This document shows positions 11,723 to 24,200 of a stretch of 64,000 nt of DNA, in pieces. A model generated the notes under the pieces. It was not told where the DNA came from, made no database searches, and worked only from the letters and a program-made list of their open reading frames with translations. Positions within the stretch are counted from its first letter, which is position 1, and the number at the start of each line of letters is the position of its first letter. The position numbers and the translations under genes are program-made. Origin of the DNA: Oikopleura dioica (Eukaryota; Animalia; Chordata); NCBI GenBank assembly GCA_907165135.1, contig OU015568.1:1178001-1242000 (forward strand), in the 5' to 3' direction.

Positions 11723-14700
11723 ATGTCGGATATATTTGGAGATGCAATTATGCAGTTTATTCCAGAAATGCGGGCTCCTATGCGCTCCGATCTGGTTCAT
11801 TCAGGTTCTTAGTGAATTTTTATTATAAAAATACATTCTCAAAGATATAAAACAATATCACATGTTTTCTTCTTTGTGACTAAAAACAATAAGAAGTGAC
11901 GCTGAAAGTCTAACCGCAACTTGACAGTAAAGCTCTTATTGTCTTAATAATATGAAGAATCTTTGGCTCTTACTGTTATAAAAACATCAAAATACACTAT
12001 CATACCTCTCAGTAGACTTTTGACTATCAGACAAAAACAATTATCGATACAGTATCCAAGATACTATCAAAGGCTCAACTATATGACAAAAGTATGGATA
12101 TCTGGAGCTGTGCCTATCTTTTTATATAGTTAGATACTTATAATTGGCAACAAAGGCTCTATTCTGACGCTGATATTCATCGTTAATTTCGTAAATCTAT
12201 GTTTGTATGAACCTTTATTCAGATGATAAAGTTTTATGTATGCAAATTACCCTTTTCTTCAGTCATCATCAAACAGCTCATTAAAGAGACTCTAAAACAT
12301 GAGGATAATAATTATGAAAATATTTGGCTTATTGCCAAAAATACTTAGAGTCCTAGTCACGTTTTCAAAACACATGTGCTAAAGTAAATTTTCATTTCAG
12401 ATGAGTCAATTCTTGGCTTCGAAACGGCGAATTCCGCTGGAGGCTTATTCATCGATCTCTTGACTTTTCATTCCGTCGGGTTGGCACATCTCGAGGCCTA
12501 TTGCGAAAAATTTGGTGGCGCTAGAATTTTCTTGAGAAAGAAGATACCTGCTGATTTTGAAGGAGAATATGAGTCGAGGGAGCAATGGAGCATTGTTGTT
12601 ATGCCTCAGAAGATCGAGGTGGATCTTGAAGAAATCGACAGAAACATCGAGTGCATACCAAGTCTGATGAGCATGACAATCGATGCCGTCATCTCCGCCA
12701 CTCCCGCACTCACCCGACTTGAGAACCGTTTCCTCTCCGCCCGCGAGTCGAAAAAGCAAGAACTAAACTTGGCACAGTACGAGTCGCCCCTGCCAGTAAA
12801 AGTTCAGCCAGGAAATATAAAAGAAAAAGATTGGTATTGCCAAGTTTGCGGGCTAAAAAATGAGAATCTCTGGCTCAATGTGATCGATGGAACGATTCTT
12901 TGCGGAAGAAAATATCGAGAAGGGACGATTTTTTACGAAAACGACGAGTTCAAGCCTTCCGAAGGGCATGGTCATGCATGGGAAAACTTCAAGCAAACGA
13001 ATCATCCTTTGGTCGTCAAGATTTCAAGCATTTCTCCGTTCGGGTAAGATTTTTGATCGACAAAATAGACATCTTTTGACCCCGCTTTTCGTGGAAAAAT
13101 GACGCGTGAGGAAAATTTAGACACAGTAAGACAAGCCCGTAATTGCTGTTAATTTAAGCTATTCCTAAGTATCTGAATACCGTGATTTTCAGACTTGTGA
13201 TCTACAATTATGCGCAAGACGAATTCGTTGATGACCCACAGATGGCTTCGATTCTCGCAAAAATCGGCGTCAAAACACTCGATTGTGCCAGCCACGAGCT
13301 ACCAATCTGGGAAAACGCTGAATCTCCACGTGAAAATGTCCGAGTCACGGAAAATCAATTCCTAAAGCCGCTAGAACAAGATCACGAAAGAATTGGAATC
13401 AGCAACACAAAGACCAGCAACTCGGCTATTATCGCTGCCGTGCAACTTTTGGCAAGATGTCCAGCGCTGAGAATTTACAGTAGCATCAGTAAACAAGTTT
13501 ATTTACAGTCAGAAGCGCCTGTGGAAGATTTTAACTTGCAGTTTTCGAAGATTGTATTAAGCTTGATGGATGATGATCCGCAAAACTGGGTCGAGTTCTA
13601 GATTAATATTTAAAAAAGGGACCATATTGCTTAATATTTCTGTTTATTTATATAATTTTTCTTTTTAAAAAGGGAGAGGAAAATAGGACAATCGTAGCCT
13701 TCATGTATGCCTGCTGACTATTTCGGAATTTTAGCCTATTTTTTAGTAGAGCTCTATAAAGATTTCGCACACATCAAAATCAATCAACTTAAAAATGCTT
13801 ATTCACCGCCTCCACTCAACCCTACCGGACATCGATCATATGCTAGACCCAACCCTTCTCGTCTCATCGCTTCTAAAATTAATTTCTACCGAACTAACCC
13901 CTTCGCCGGCGGAAAAATTCACCGGGCAACTTGACACGTTTACGAAATGTATAATTTCCGAGGCCGAGGCGCTGACAACGACAAGTTCTAATGTTCTGGA
14001 GATTGAAGCTGAAGAGTCGATTTCGAAATCGATTCAAGAATGGGCAAATTTTACAGGAAAAAGGCTAAAAATTTTAGTTTTCAAAGCATTCTCAAAAGTC
14101 TCAAAGGGTCAAACTTCGCACTCTTCGCGTCGACGGGTTAAATTTTTAACCTTATCAAGAACACAATTTTTTCTCGCCACATCTTCGCGAGCGATCCCCC
14201 GCTCAAATTCGCCGCCGATTCCGCTCATTTCCCTCAAAACTCCTCATATCCTGTCCTCGATACTTCAAAAACTCAGAATGGGTTGTTCAAGAAATCAGTC
14301 AAAAACTCCTCGTCGAAGATGTCCTCGATCTTGGCTGGTTAAAATCTGACGGCGAGATCTTTCATCCGACAATGGAACTTGGCGAGGATGGAGGAACAGG
14401 GCCTGTTTGCGAGGAAATACAGATGCTGTGCGAAATGGGCTTTGGACAGAAACTAGCGAGAAAAGCGCTAGATCGAAATGGCTGGGACGTGGAGGGCGCT
14501 GCCGAGTGGCTCCTGATGAATCCCGAAGAGGTAAGCCGCGGTTGACAGCGATTCTCAAAAACCGCAGTGAGGTGATATGACTCGCAGTCGTTATGAGTCA
14601 TAACTTATGACTCAGCATTCAATTTTGATGATAATGAATCTTTTCTGAGAATAGACGAGTTAGCTGTTTTTTGAGGCACCATAAATTTAATTTGAGTTAT

Positions 14701-17271
14701 CAAAATTGGTATTAAAGTAAGTCAAATTCGGTTGTTAAAAACAAAATACGAATCTCATCGAATTTAAGAGAACGACGACTATCTCTCAATTATTTAAAAT
14801 GATCATTAGGAAGTCTCCGATAAAGATGCCCAACCTTTGGAAAATCCTGCAACGCAGCCATTTTCTATCGAAAATTACGAAGGAGAACTTGTCTCTGAAG
14901 AAAATCCCGTCTTTCAAAAGATCACCCTCAGCCGCGAAGCAAGACAATTCACAGAGGAAGAATTCGAAAGACGACAAAGAGAATATGCCGAGTTTGTCTT
15001 TGATCCAGAAAGTGTGGCGCTTCTCGAATCTTTCGGCATTCCGACTGGTCTTGCTAAAAAAGCTCTAAGGTAAGAAATAAAAAAAGGTTTCTCGTTGGCG
15101 TGAAATTGTTGCAGAATGTTTCTAAATCAATTCGATTTTTGATATATTCAAAATTATAAATCGAACATAAATCAAGTATACTTATGGTTTCTTCAGAATT
15201 TGCCGAGGCGACATCGAGCGCTCCGCCGACTGGGCATTCAACAACTGGGACTCTCCCATCTACGAAGATGACACCGAACAAGTCGTTACAGAAGAAACAG
15301 TAACCCGCCAAGCCGAAAAAGTCAAGTCCGAGCTGACCGCGCTCCAACGTGAAGGACAAGAGCTAATGAGGCAAATGGCAAAAGAGAAACGAAACCCAAC
15401 GACAGATTTCGTCACCGAAATGGTGGAGCGATTGGAGGGTCGGAAATCGACCTCGACGACGATTCCTCGTCCGATGAAAATCGCGAAGAAATTGGAGACT
15501 CCGAGAGATGTGAGATGATAGACCTAGAGTGTTTTCTACAACAGTTGCTTTCAGAATATCGCTTCGTCAGCGAGTCCGACGACTCAAGCCATGATGGAGC
15601 TCATGGATGACCTTGAAATCGAGCCAGTTTCTGAGGAAAATCTTGAAATAGTTGCGCCGCCTGAGATCAAGGAAGAAAATCGTCAAAACGGCCAAGATCT
15701 GACGCTTGATTTGGACTTGACAGACCAATCAACGATAAATGATATTCTAGTGAATGAAAATGGTTGTATGGAGGATACTACAGGCATGGCTTAAAATAAG
15801 ACCATCCTTTTAAAATCTGCGATTTAAAATTGTGAATCCAAAACATCGTTTTTTTTTTTAAATTCGAATTTTAGCATTAAGATTTGTCTAAAAAGTATAA
15901 AAATGCCCATTTTTACAAAAGTAACTCTAATAAGCCAACATATCAGACTGTAACACGACCGATTACGACACAGGTAAACGATAAGTTCACATCCCAAAAA
16001 TACCCACCCACGAGCTCACCCCAGCGCGGAGAAATCAAAACACTTAATAATAACCATTTTCATCTAAGATTACATCGTGACCGATAATTTGACCGATTAT
16101 CACGAACAAGACTCGCGCGGAGAATCATCTCTTCTCGAAGAGCTTCAAGAGATTCCCGATGATAGACTCAGCCTGATCGATGAACTTATCAACGAATCCG
16201 TGTCGCAGATTGACAGGCAGATTGAAGAAAATGTGGTAAATTTTTCTCAAATCATTCTTTTCTTAAAATTCCAGACCGCCTCGAGCCTCGAAAACCTCAA
16301 AATGGCCGAACAACTTCGCCGTCTTCCAGAAGAAATCACCCCATTTGTCGACCCCCTTTCGATAATTTCCGAAGAAAATTCGCATCTCCCAACCGACTTT
16401 TGCACGAGTCCAGAAAACTCACTCAAGAGTGAATGCGAAGACTCCCAGCCCGTAAGTTTCTTTGGACTTATTCAAGATGCTTTCTTTAGATAGTTCAATT
16501 AAGAACTCATTTCGTAAGCAGCTTTATAAAAGAATGACGTAGGTTAATCTTTTGCTGATATAAATATCAAAATCGATATATTTTAAGTCTTTATCAAAAC
16601 TTCAATCCTCCTTTGTACCCTTAATTCAGACGGTGACGTTTCCTTCTGTTATAAATGGCAATCAAAATCAGTCGGTATCGGAGCAACTTAAAAGCAATGA
16701 TCCGACGCATGATACGCTTGATACGACAGTGACGAAATCAAGCTGTACGCCGAGCATGGATACGGTTCTTACCAACGGTACGAACCCGGAGAAGAAGAAA
16801 AAGAAGAAAATCGTGAAGAAAATTATCAAGAAAAAGGTCAAGAAGACAAGTGTTCAAAATGAAGGGGTGGCTAATCCGAATGAAAACGGGAATAATTCGG
16901 TTGAAGAAGCAAAGTATTCTCTAGGTAAGACAGAAAAAGAAATTCTTTCTAAAAAACTACATGAGCCCCATCACAAATGAGAAGCAAGAGATCCTAATAA
17001 TTCAATAAATACAAGATATAAAAAATTATTTAGATAAGAAAACATTATAACTTATGGTTCTTCAAAATCTCAATTCTTAATTCTAGTTTCCTTCATCTCC
17101 CGAACCGATGGAACGCCCATGCTTCCCCACTTCACCTACTTCGAAAAATCCGGCGACAACGAGTGGCTAATCTTCGACGATGCCAATGTCGGAATCGCCT
17201 CCGACGAACAAGTCGCCAGCGCAAAATCAACTGCTGTTCTGTTTCTCTACGACCGACTCAATCAACTTTGA
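11723..17271 (+). CDS. USP5/USP13-like (isopeptidase T family) protein, probably catalytically inactive
   Basis: N-terminal DESILGFETANSAGGLFIDLLTF; zf-UBP WYCQVC..NLWLNVIDGTILCGRK..GHGHA; UBA-like segments (LCEMGFGQKLARKAL, LESFGIPTGLAKKAL..ICRGDIERSADWAF); C-terminal PHFTYFEK..EWLIFDDANV; Cys box reads GISNTKTSNSAIIAAVQLL. Confidence 0.85.
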
Positions 17272-17408
17272 AGCCCTTGAACATTCCATTTGTTATACCA
17301 AAAAATTGTTTATTAGAAAATTCAATTGTACAGGTTGAAAATAAATACAGTTCGTGAGAAAACTCCGGTTAGGGTTTTTCATCGTCAGTTTTTAAAAATT
17401 CTTTTTAG

Positions 17409-19003
17409 TTAAAAATGTTGAAATATCCACTTTCGTACATCATTTTCTGCATTTGTTGGAAAAGGTCGAATGCTTGTACATAAACGCCATCTACAGTTTG
17501 ATTTTAAATTGGAGAAAAATGATGATTTTTTACCGTTTGAAGTTTTTGATCTCGATTCTGGCGCTGGAAAGTCAGGATATTGTGCACCTCTTATCTCAAA
17601 GCTGGAAAGACTTCCTTTTGAGATCTCTTCTTTATGTCGGTAGTGGTAGCAAAATTGGCTAAATGGCGCGTTCCAGAAGCAGTAGCCGTTGTGACACTCG
17701 CACGTGTTCGTCTCGAAAACATTCGGACACGTGACGCTGCACGCGCGGGTCGAGTCGAAGATGTTACATGTGAGATGGGCCAGTGGTGGAATATCTCGAC
17801 CGCATCGGGCAAACTCATCTGAAGAAAAAATCGAATTTGGCAAGAACCATAACTCAGAAATCAAAGTTATCGATAGGAAATTGAAAAAATGCGGTCTATC
17901 ATTGATATAATTTAGCTATATATTATACACGTTGTAGGATTTCGGCTGATATTTACACCCCTGGTAGCATCATACCTATGAAAATCTCGTCATGATTTGT
18001 TGAAATTTGTGGAATATCATCATCATCATCTTCTTCTGGTTCCTCCTCGTATCTTTGGATTTCGTCGAGTTCTTGGTCGAAAAGAAGCCTTGGTGTTGTC
18101 AATTCTGCTGTGGTTGAACTCGTAGTAGTTGTCGACGTTGTTGATGCTGTTGTCGATGTTGTTGTGGTTGTCGTTGATGTTGTCGTTGATGTTGTGGTTG
18201 ATGTGGTGGTTGAAGTCGTTGTCGTTGAAGTTGATGTGGTTGATGTTGATGTTGAAATAGGCGTTGTTGTTGTTGTAGGAGCAACTGTTGTCGTCGGTCT
18301 TGGCTGAAGCTTATCACTTATCACTGTGTTTACAAAACAAAAGCCTAATAAACATAAGTTCAATCAAATCAAATCACGATTACGATTGCAAACACGTTCC
18401 TGCGCCATTTGCAACCCGTGAAGAGTCTAAAACCCATCGAATTCATGTGGCACTGGCAAGATCGCCTGACTTTTTGGGCCGGATTGAAATGGGCTTTTTC
18501 GGGGTGGGTGAGTTCGAGAACACATTGAGAGAATTCTGTTCGTTTTGCTGGGCACTTCCATTCGCCGCAGATTTCATCTTTTTTAAGTTTTTAAGATTTT
18601 TTAAATGAATATCAAGGCACTTGTCCGTAAATACTACACTTGACACTCTTAGCTCGATTCTATCGCTAAATTGAGTGAGTTAAAAAAACCTAAACTGTTA
18701 TTTTTTTAGAAATTTTATGGTTTTGAAAAACTCTTCCTTCACAGAAAAATCGATCATCGCTAGAACATTCTTTCGAATTAATGTGCACTTTGAATTTTTC
18801 TTCTGAGTTCTTTCCTTCTTTGCTGTTAAAACTGACGCTCTGGGAAAGAATCTTCTTCATTCTCGGATTGTAGCTTCCGAAGCCTCCTGATCCCAGAGGT
18901 TTTAAAGTTGCAATCGGCGATGATTCTGATAGAACTGAAAAGAGAAATTCTAGAGCCGTCGGATGGGGGAAATCTTACGTGGAAGAAGAGCGAAACTTTT
19001 CAT
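17409..19003 (-). CDS. Secreted protein with Cys-rich modules flanking a Thr-rich mucin-like stretch
   Basis: Spliced start MKSFALLP/LLSESSP; Cys-rich exon DEICGEWKC..SCQC..GCKW (~18390-18580); poly-Thr/Ser 18100-18295; C-terminal Cys-rich exon CGRD..TC..CSVTC..TCECHNGYCFW. Confidence 0.65.
18100..18295 (-). repeat. Coding (ACA/TCA)n low-complexity repeat (TTST)n
   Basis: GTT/GAT triplet runs on the + strand. Confidence 0.9.
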
Positions 19004-20248
19004 TCTTTTCTTTTCTCTCTTGAAAAAATTCAAAAAATGTTTTCTCGAATATGAAGAGGAAAAAACGCAAAGACGGACTTTTATATCGTTCATTTTGGTG
19101 AGCGATAAAGGGATCAACCCAGGCGCTATTGAGCGCGCAAGATGTCGATGAAACGTGCGTAGCGCTATTATCACTAGCAGACTCGGCGGGAGACGATAAC
19201 AGAAATGGTTTTTCCGGCTTTTTTCTTACAGAAGGATTTGAAGACATTTTAAATGCCTCCTAGACGGACGTTGATATGGGTGGTAATAAAGGGGCTATTG
19301 GAAAGGACTACTCTTTGTGCAGTTATATTTCAAAAGTATGATCCCTCCATCAAGATTTATTTATTCAAAATTTTGTCTTTTTGGGTTCTTTAGACAACAT
19401 GGAGAAACTTTAATGTTATAAATTCTCACGTTCATTTTCACGATTCTTGATGGAGGCTTCATTATTGCCTCTCACAAGTTTACATTGTCTATGCTTCAGC
19501 TGGACGGAATAGTGCATGGCCAGGTCATGATCACCCGTAATTGGATAATACTTTGGATAAGATGGATTTACTCATGAACTTAGAAAGCAGATCATTTTTG
19601 CTCAAACAGCGGTGAACCTTGGCGCTCGCTTACGTATTTCTACAACGCTGTCTCGTTGATTATCAAATAAGACCATGAAAATTAGAACACGCTTTACCAT
19701 ATTATTCGGCGAAATTTTGACCGACAAAAATTAAATCAGGTGAACCTAAGTAAACGACCTTTCTAAAAGGCCTATTTTTCCAAATCCTCATGATTTCGAA
19801 TTTAAAATCCCTTTCGATAAAAAGCTAATCCACTTGGTTCTCCAAAGCACAGCTCTTTACTGTTGATAAACGGCGTTATCACGACTCGGCAGGGGTCGAG
19901 GCTCCGCCGAAAAAAAACGAGGAGCACGACGTGTGACAAACTCAAATCCGAATCCAATTCGAGAGGTGAGCGATAAAGATTGACCGCAAATAGAGATAAG
20001 CAGCTCCATCACTTGCGATTTGTCTGATGGGGCCTTTTTAAGAAGGGTCTGGAGGACTTATTAGACACAGCGTAAAAGTGGAGGCCGGATGGGAGGAGCA
20101 AGATAAAAATTGGTTCGGGCTAGGAACTCTCTACTTAATTCATAGGGGCACTTTAATTCGACTGTATAAAGTAGGTATTCATTAAGGGGTACACATCCAT
20201 CATCCGATTTTCTAGGAGCTCTCCTTATAAACTGTAGAATCGTAATCT

Positions 20249-20384
20249 GTGGTAATTCGTCGGGGTCGCCCCGATAAATGAAAGATGAAATAACAGTCAT
20301 TCGTCGGGGTCAATCCCGACAGATTGAAGATAAAAAACAGACCTATTCGTCGAGGTCGAACAATTGAATACGACGAATTACCAC
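20249..20384. mobile_element. Short MITE-like element with 14-bp TIR and three internal ~45-bp units
   Basis: GTGGTAATTCGTCG ... CGACGAATTACCAC; ATTCGTCGRGGTC recurs at ~20255, 20299, 20345. Confidence 0.6.
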
Positions 20385-20595
20385 GTACTACCTCTAAAAT
20401 CTAAAATTAAAAAGCTCGACTGCATGAAAAAAGCGCGTTCAACATCAATTTCCCTGCTAACCGAAAATTAGTGACGCTCAAAAAACAGTAAAAACTTGAC
20501 CCTCGATGACATTAGACCACATTTTTTCCTTGAAGAAGAGTTACTCTGGAATTCTTTCACAAAAAGAACATATAATTATTAAATTTTTGTCCTAA

Positions 20596-20926
20596 GGACC
20601 CCTTCCCCCGTCAGTTTTTTTAAATTAAATCTCGGAATTTTTAAATTTTTACACCTGAAATGGATTCTACGGGTCAAAAAAACGACTTTCAGGCTGTATT
20701 TTTTAGGGTCAATCTCGACTCCTTCACTCCCAAAATCATATTTGAAAATTAGAACTTTCGCTGAAAATTGACGAATTTGCCCTACTTTTGGCAAAAATAT
20801 TGATTTTTCTCTGTCAAAAATTCCTCATATCAAGTTATTAAGTTTAACCTCCGGACGCATTACATACCAACAATTTGGTGTTTTTTAAAATTTCCATTTT
20901 TCGAAGGAAAAAGCTGACGGGGGTCC
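20596..20926. mobile_element. MITE with GG..CC ends and degenerate TTAA-like flanks (Kolobok-like); second copy at ~39672
   Basis: (CTAA)GGACCCC..CCGTCAG ... CTGACGGGGGTCC(TTAG); interior similar to 39672-39877. Confidence 0.75.
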
Positions 20927-21292
20927 TTAGAAATGAAATTTTCAAATTATCAAATGTTTGATTTGAAGTTTGAGATTTCAAATAAAAAACTCGACCATTA
21001 TCTCGTTGTTCTTTGAGTTGAACAAATCTGAGATACGAGTTAGCAGCAGAATGACGTTACGATAGATAAATAAAGGATACGCGCTCCGTTTCCAGGTAAA
21101 TTAACTAAATACAAGAAGACTTTCTACTTCTTACACCGCTTTGTTCAATCAAAGCCAAATCTTTAAAAGACAGAGAGGCGGATTATGATTATGCCACTTT
21201 TCGGAAACCGATTATGAGAGAGAGAAAGAATAAAAAATAAAGAAAAGGCGTTATAAAGGCGTTAGAAGATCCCGATTAGCGAAAGAAGAATT

Positions 21293-24200
21293 ATGCTCGA
21301 ATCTAATTCGCTGCATATTCGATTTTCTGTCGGCTCACTTTCCATTTCGGGACGGAATTTAAAAACTCATTTCATCAAAAAATTTTACGAAAAAACTGAT
21401 CCGGAAATTTATTAAGAAAAAGAGAGGTTTAACCAATTTATGGAGGTGATTTTATGGGTTAGGGTTTTGATTGGTCAGTAGGCCAAATACAGCAATCTTA
21501 TTGGTCATCCAAAAATTCTCTTCCATAAATTGGTTTTGTCCGAAAAAAAAACATTTTGAATTCGAAAAATTATCGATTTTTTCATAAAATATTTAGTCTA
21601 TAAATATTTTTGTCAAAAAAAAATCGTGACATGGAACGCAAATAAACTTTCCGAAGAATTTTATCATAATAATTATTCAAGAAGAAATATATTCTTATAC
21701 AGAAGGCTTTACTGAAGAATAATCTAGAAAGAAAATTAAAAGATAAAAGCGTGTTTTTGCGGCTTTTAAATTTTTATAATTCAAAAGTAAATTTGACAAT
21801 TCCAAAAAAAGATTCGTGAGCTCGCGAAAAATGTCAAAGTCGCAGATTTGTTGGCGGAAATTGAGCTCAAAAGCGCTGTTCCTGCTCAGCTTCTGGAGCT
21901 TTTAAATCCAGGTAAAAGCCATCTGCAAATTTTCCGTTTTGAAAAAAGATTACATTTGAACACCAGACAAGTTCCGGGCAAGATTATGGCAAGCTTTATC
22001 AAAGCCGATAACAGAAAATCTGTCCATGGAAGCAAATAACCATGTTTTTGCGAAATCAATGGTTTCATCAAAAAACTGTTTTTATAAAATAAAACGGGCT
22101 TCCTTTCTTTCTTGAGCCTGGCCCAAAGAAGATAAGCTTGGTTCCACAAAAGCGTGACTTTTGAAATCAAAAGTGTCCGGCCTTGTTTGCACTGGCCATC
22201 AAAAGCTGTTTATACCACTTGATAATTCTCGTAAAATACACAAGCCAAATCAGCAACTGAATTTCAGGCATGGAAAAAATTTCTGTCAGCGGAGAGTTGG
22301 AGTTTGGAAGGGAGCTCAAAAATGGGGCTCTATTGACGGCTAGTGTTCATCCTGGATGGGCTCAGGAAAGGTTGAGGATATAACATCTTGATTAAAGAGG
22401 GTAGACGGATAATTATTAAGTATATTATATACGCTATCATGTGATCATTATTTCAACGTCACACATTCATACAAAAAGGGAAGTTTTGTTTCAGTTTATT
22501 TTCGTTGGTACTTTGCCATAAGCATTTTGAAAATTTTCTACAATATCATTTTTTGGTTGAAATCTCTCCTCGAAGGCATCTTTTATTCATGAAGCGCGCC
22601 ATCTTCCAGAAAATTACTTTTCTACGGCCATTTGTTATCAAGGTCAATATCTAGGGCAGCTATAGGGTTCGCAATGAAAAAACCAGCCGTGAACAGGAAA
22701 ATTTGTGTATAAGTAGATACTTTGTTCAGAAGTAAATAAGCTTTTAACTGATTCAACCAATTTGAAAGATAGTCGATCAAGGGGTTCTAGCGCGGTGGTC
22801 GGAAGTTTTGTCAATATCGCAGTCTATGGGTCCGGAAGGTAAGCTGTCTCATTATTTGGCCAAATTCGCATCTTCTGTAGCGACTGAAATTTGCACTTTT
22901 CTGGTTGTAAAGTACGGTTCGTTGGATGACCTTCGCAAATTGATCGAGCGCGGCGCGGCTGTTTCCGGACGGACGCTGTTTGAAAGGAGCACGCTCCATT
23001 TTGCCGCCTATCATGGAAGAACCGAGTTTATTCACCTGCTCCTTGGGGCTGGGGTTGGCGCGGGACACAAGGATTACCAAGGGCTGACTGCGAAAGAATA
23101 TGCGACGAAGAACGGATTTTACGAGACAGCTAGATGGTGCTGGCTTGGGCAGTTTAACTATGGCCGACATGGGGGAGTAATGATGCCCAAGGAGGATAAG
23201 AAGAGCTCTGCGGGGAGCAACAGGTCGGAGAAGAGGCCGAAAATGAAGGAGAAAGTCGAATCGGCGCCTGTGAAATCGTCGCAACTTCCAAGAGTAAGCG
23301 GATTAAGAAAAACCATAAAAGTCTTTTAGAATTTACTTTTTTTGTTTTTTTGGTAACAGATTACATTGAATTCGTAATATTTCTTACTTCCTTCTCTACA
23401 AATGTATTTATTTGATTATTATCAATGCCATCTTACTAAAAGATTCATCAATTAATTAAAGCAAAAATCACGAAAAATGGTCGTAAACTGGCTGCGAGAA
23501 AGTTCCGAAGCCATTCCAAATGTCGAAAAAACCGAATCCGTTGCAAAATCCGATTTTGTTCGTGGCAAAAACTACGAGCGACCCTCCTCCACCTCCCGCC
23601 CAAGAAGTTCCTCGAAGAAACAAAAAGCTCCAAAACGAGTCCAACTACTCGCTCCAGCTGGCGCAGGCGAAGGATCGACAGAATATCGCAAAACGCGATT
23701 TAGTCGAGAGCGCCCGCCAGAGCTGGACGAGGCAGTCAGAAGATCTCAGAATAATCATCTCACTGTCGATCCCCCTCCATCACGTGTTCGTTTCCCTGAA
23801 GAAAATGATGAGCCCGAAAAAACGAAAAAGAACTTTCGCAAGACGAAATTCTCCCTCAATCGTCCAGACGGCCTGGACGAACTTGTCAAATCCGTGGATA
23901 GAACTCCTGAACCCAAAGTATCCAAAGGCGTTTGCTTCGCCAGTGAAGACGAAAGCGAAGATGAAAGACCAGAAAAATCGAGGTTCAGAAAGACAAAATT
24001 CTCGAGAAATCGACCGGAAGGACTTGATCAGCTGATAGAAAAGACCAAGAAAGTTGAAGAACCGCAAGTGAGGGAAGAAAAAGGCGTTTCTTTCATGAGC
24101 GAGGAGCAAGAAGAAGATCAAGAAAAAATCAAGTTTCGAAAAACAAAATTTTCCCTTTCTCGACCAGAAGGAATCGACGAAATCGTCCAAAACACAAAAT

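Noticed and set aside
18099-18317. Poly-Val and poly-Gln ORFs
   Set aside because: Alternative frames of the Thr-rich coding repeat
20255-20360. Three regularly spaced ATTCGTCGRGGTC repeats resembling a mini CRISPR array
   Set aside because: The spacers are similar to each other, the unit lies between TIRs, the context is eukaryotic and there are no cas genes
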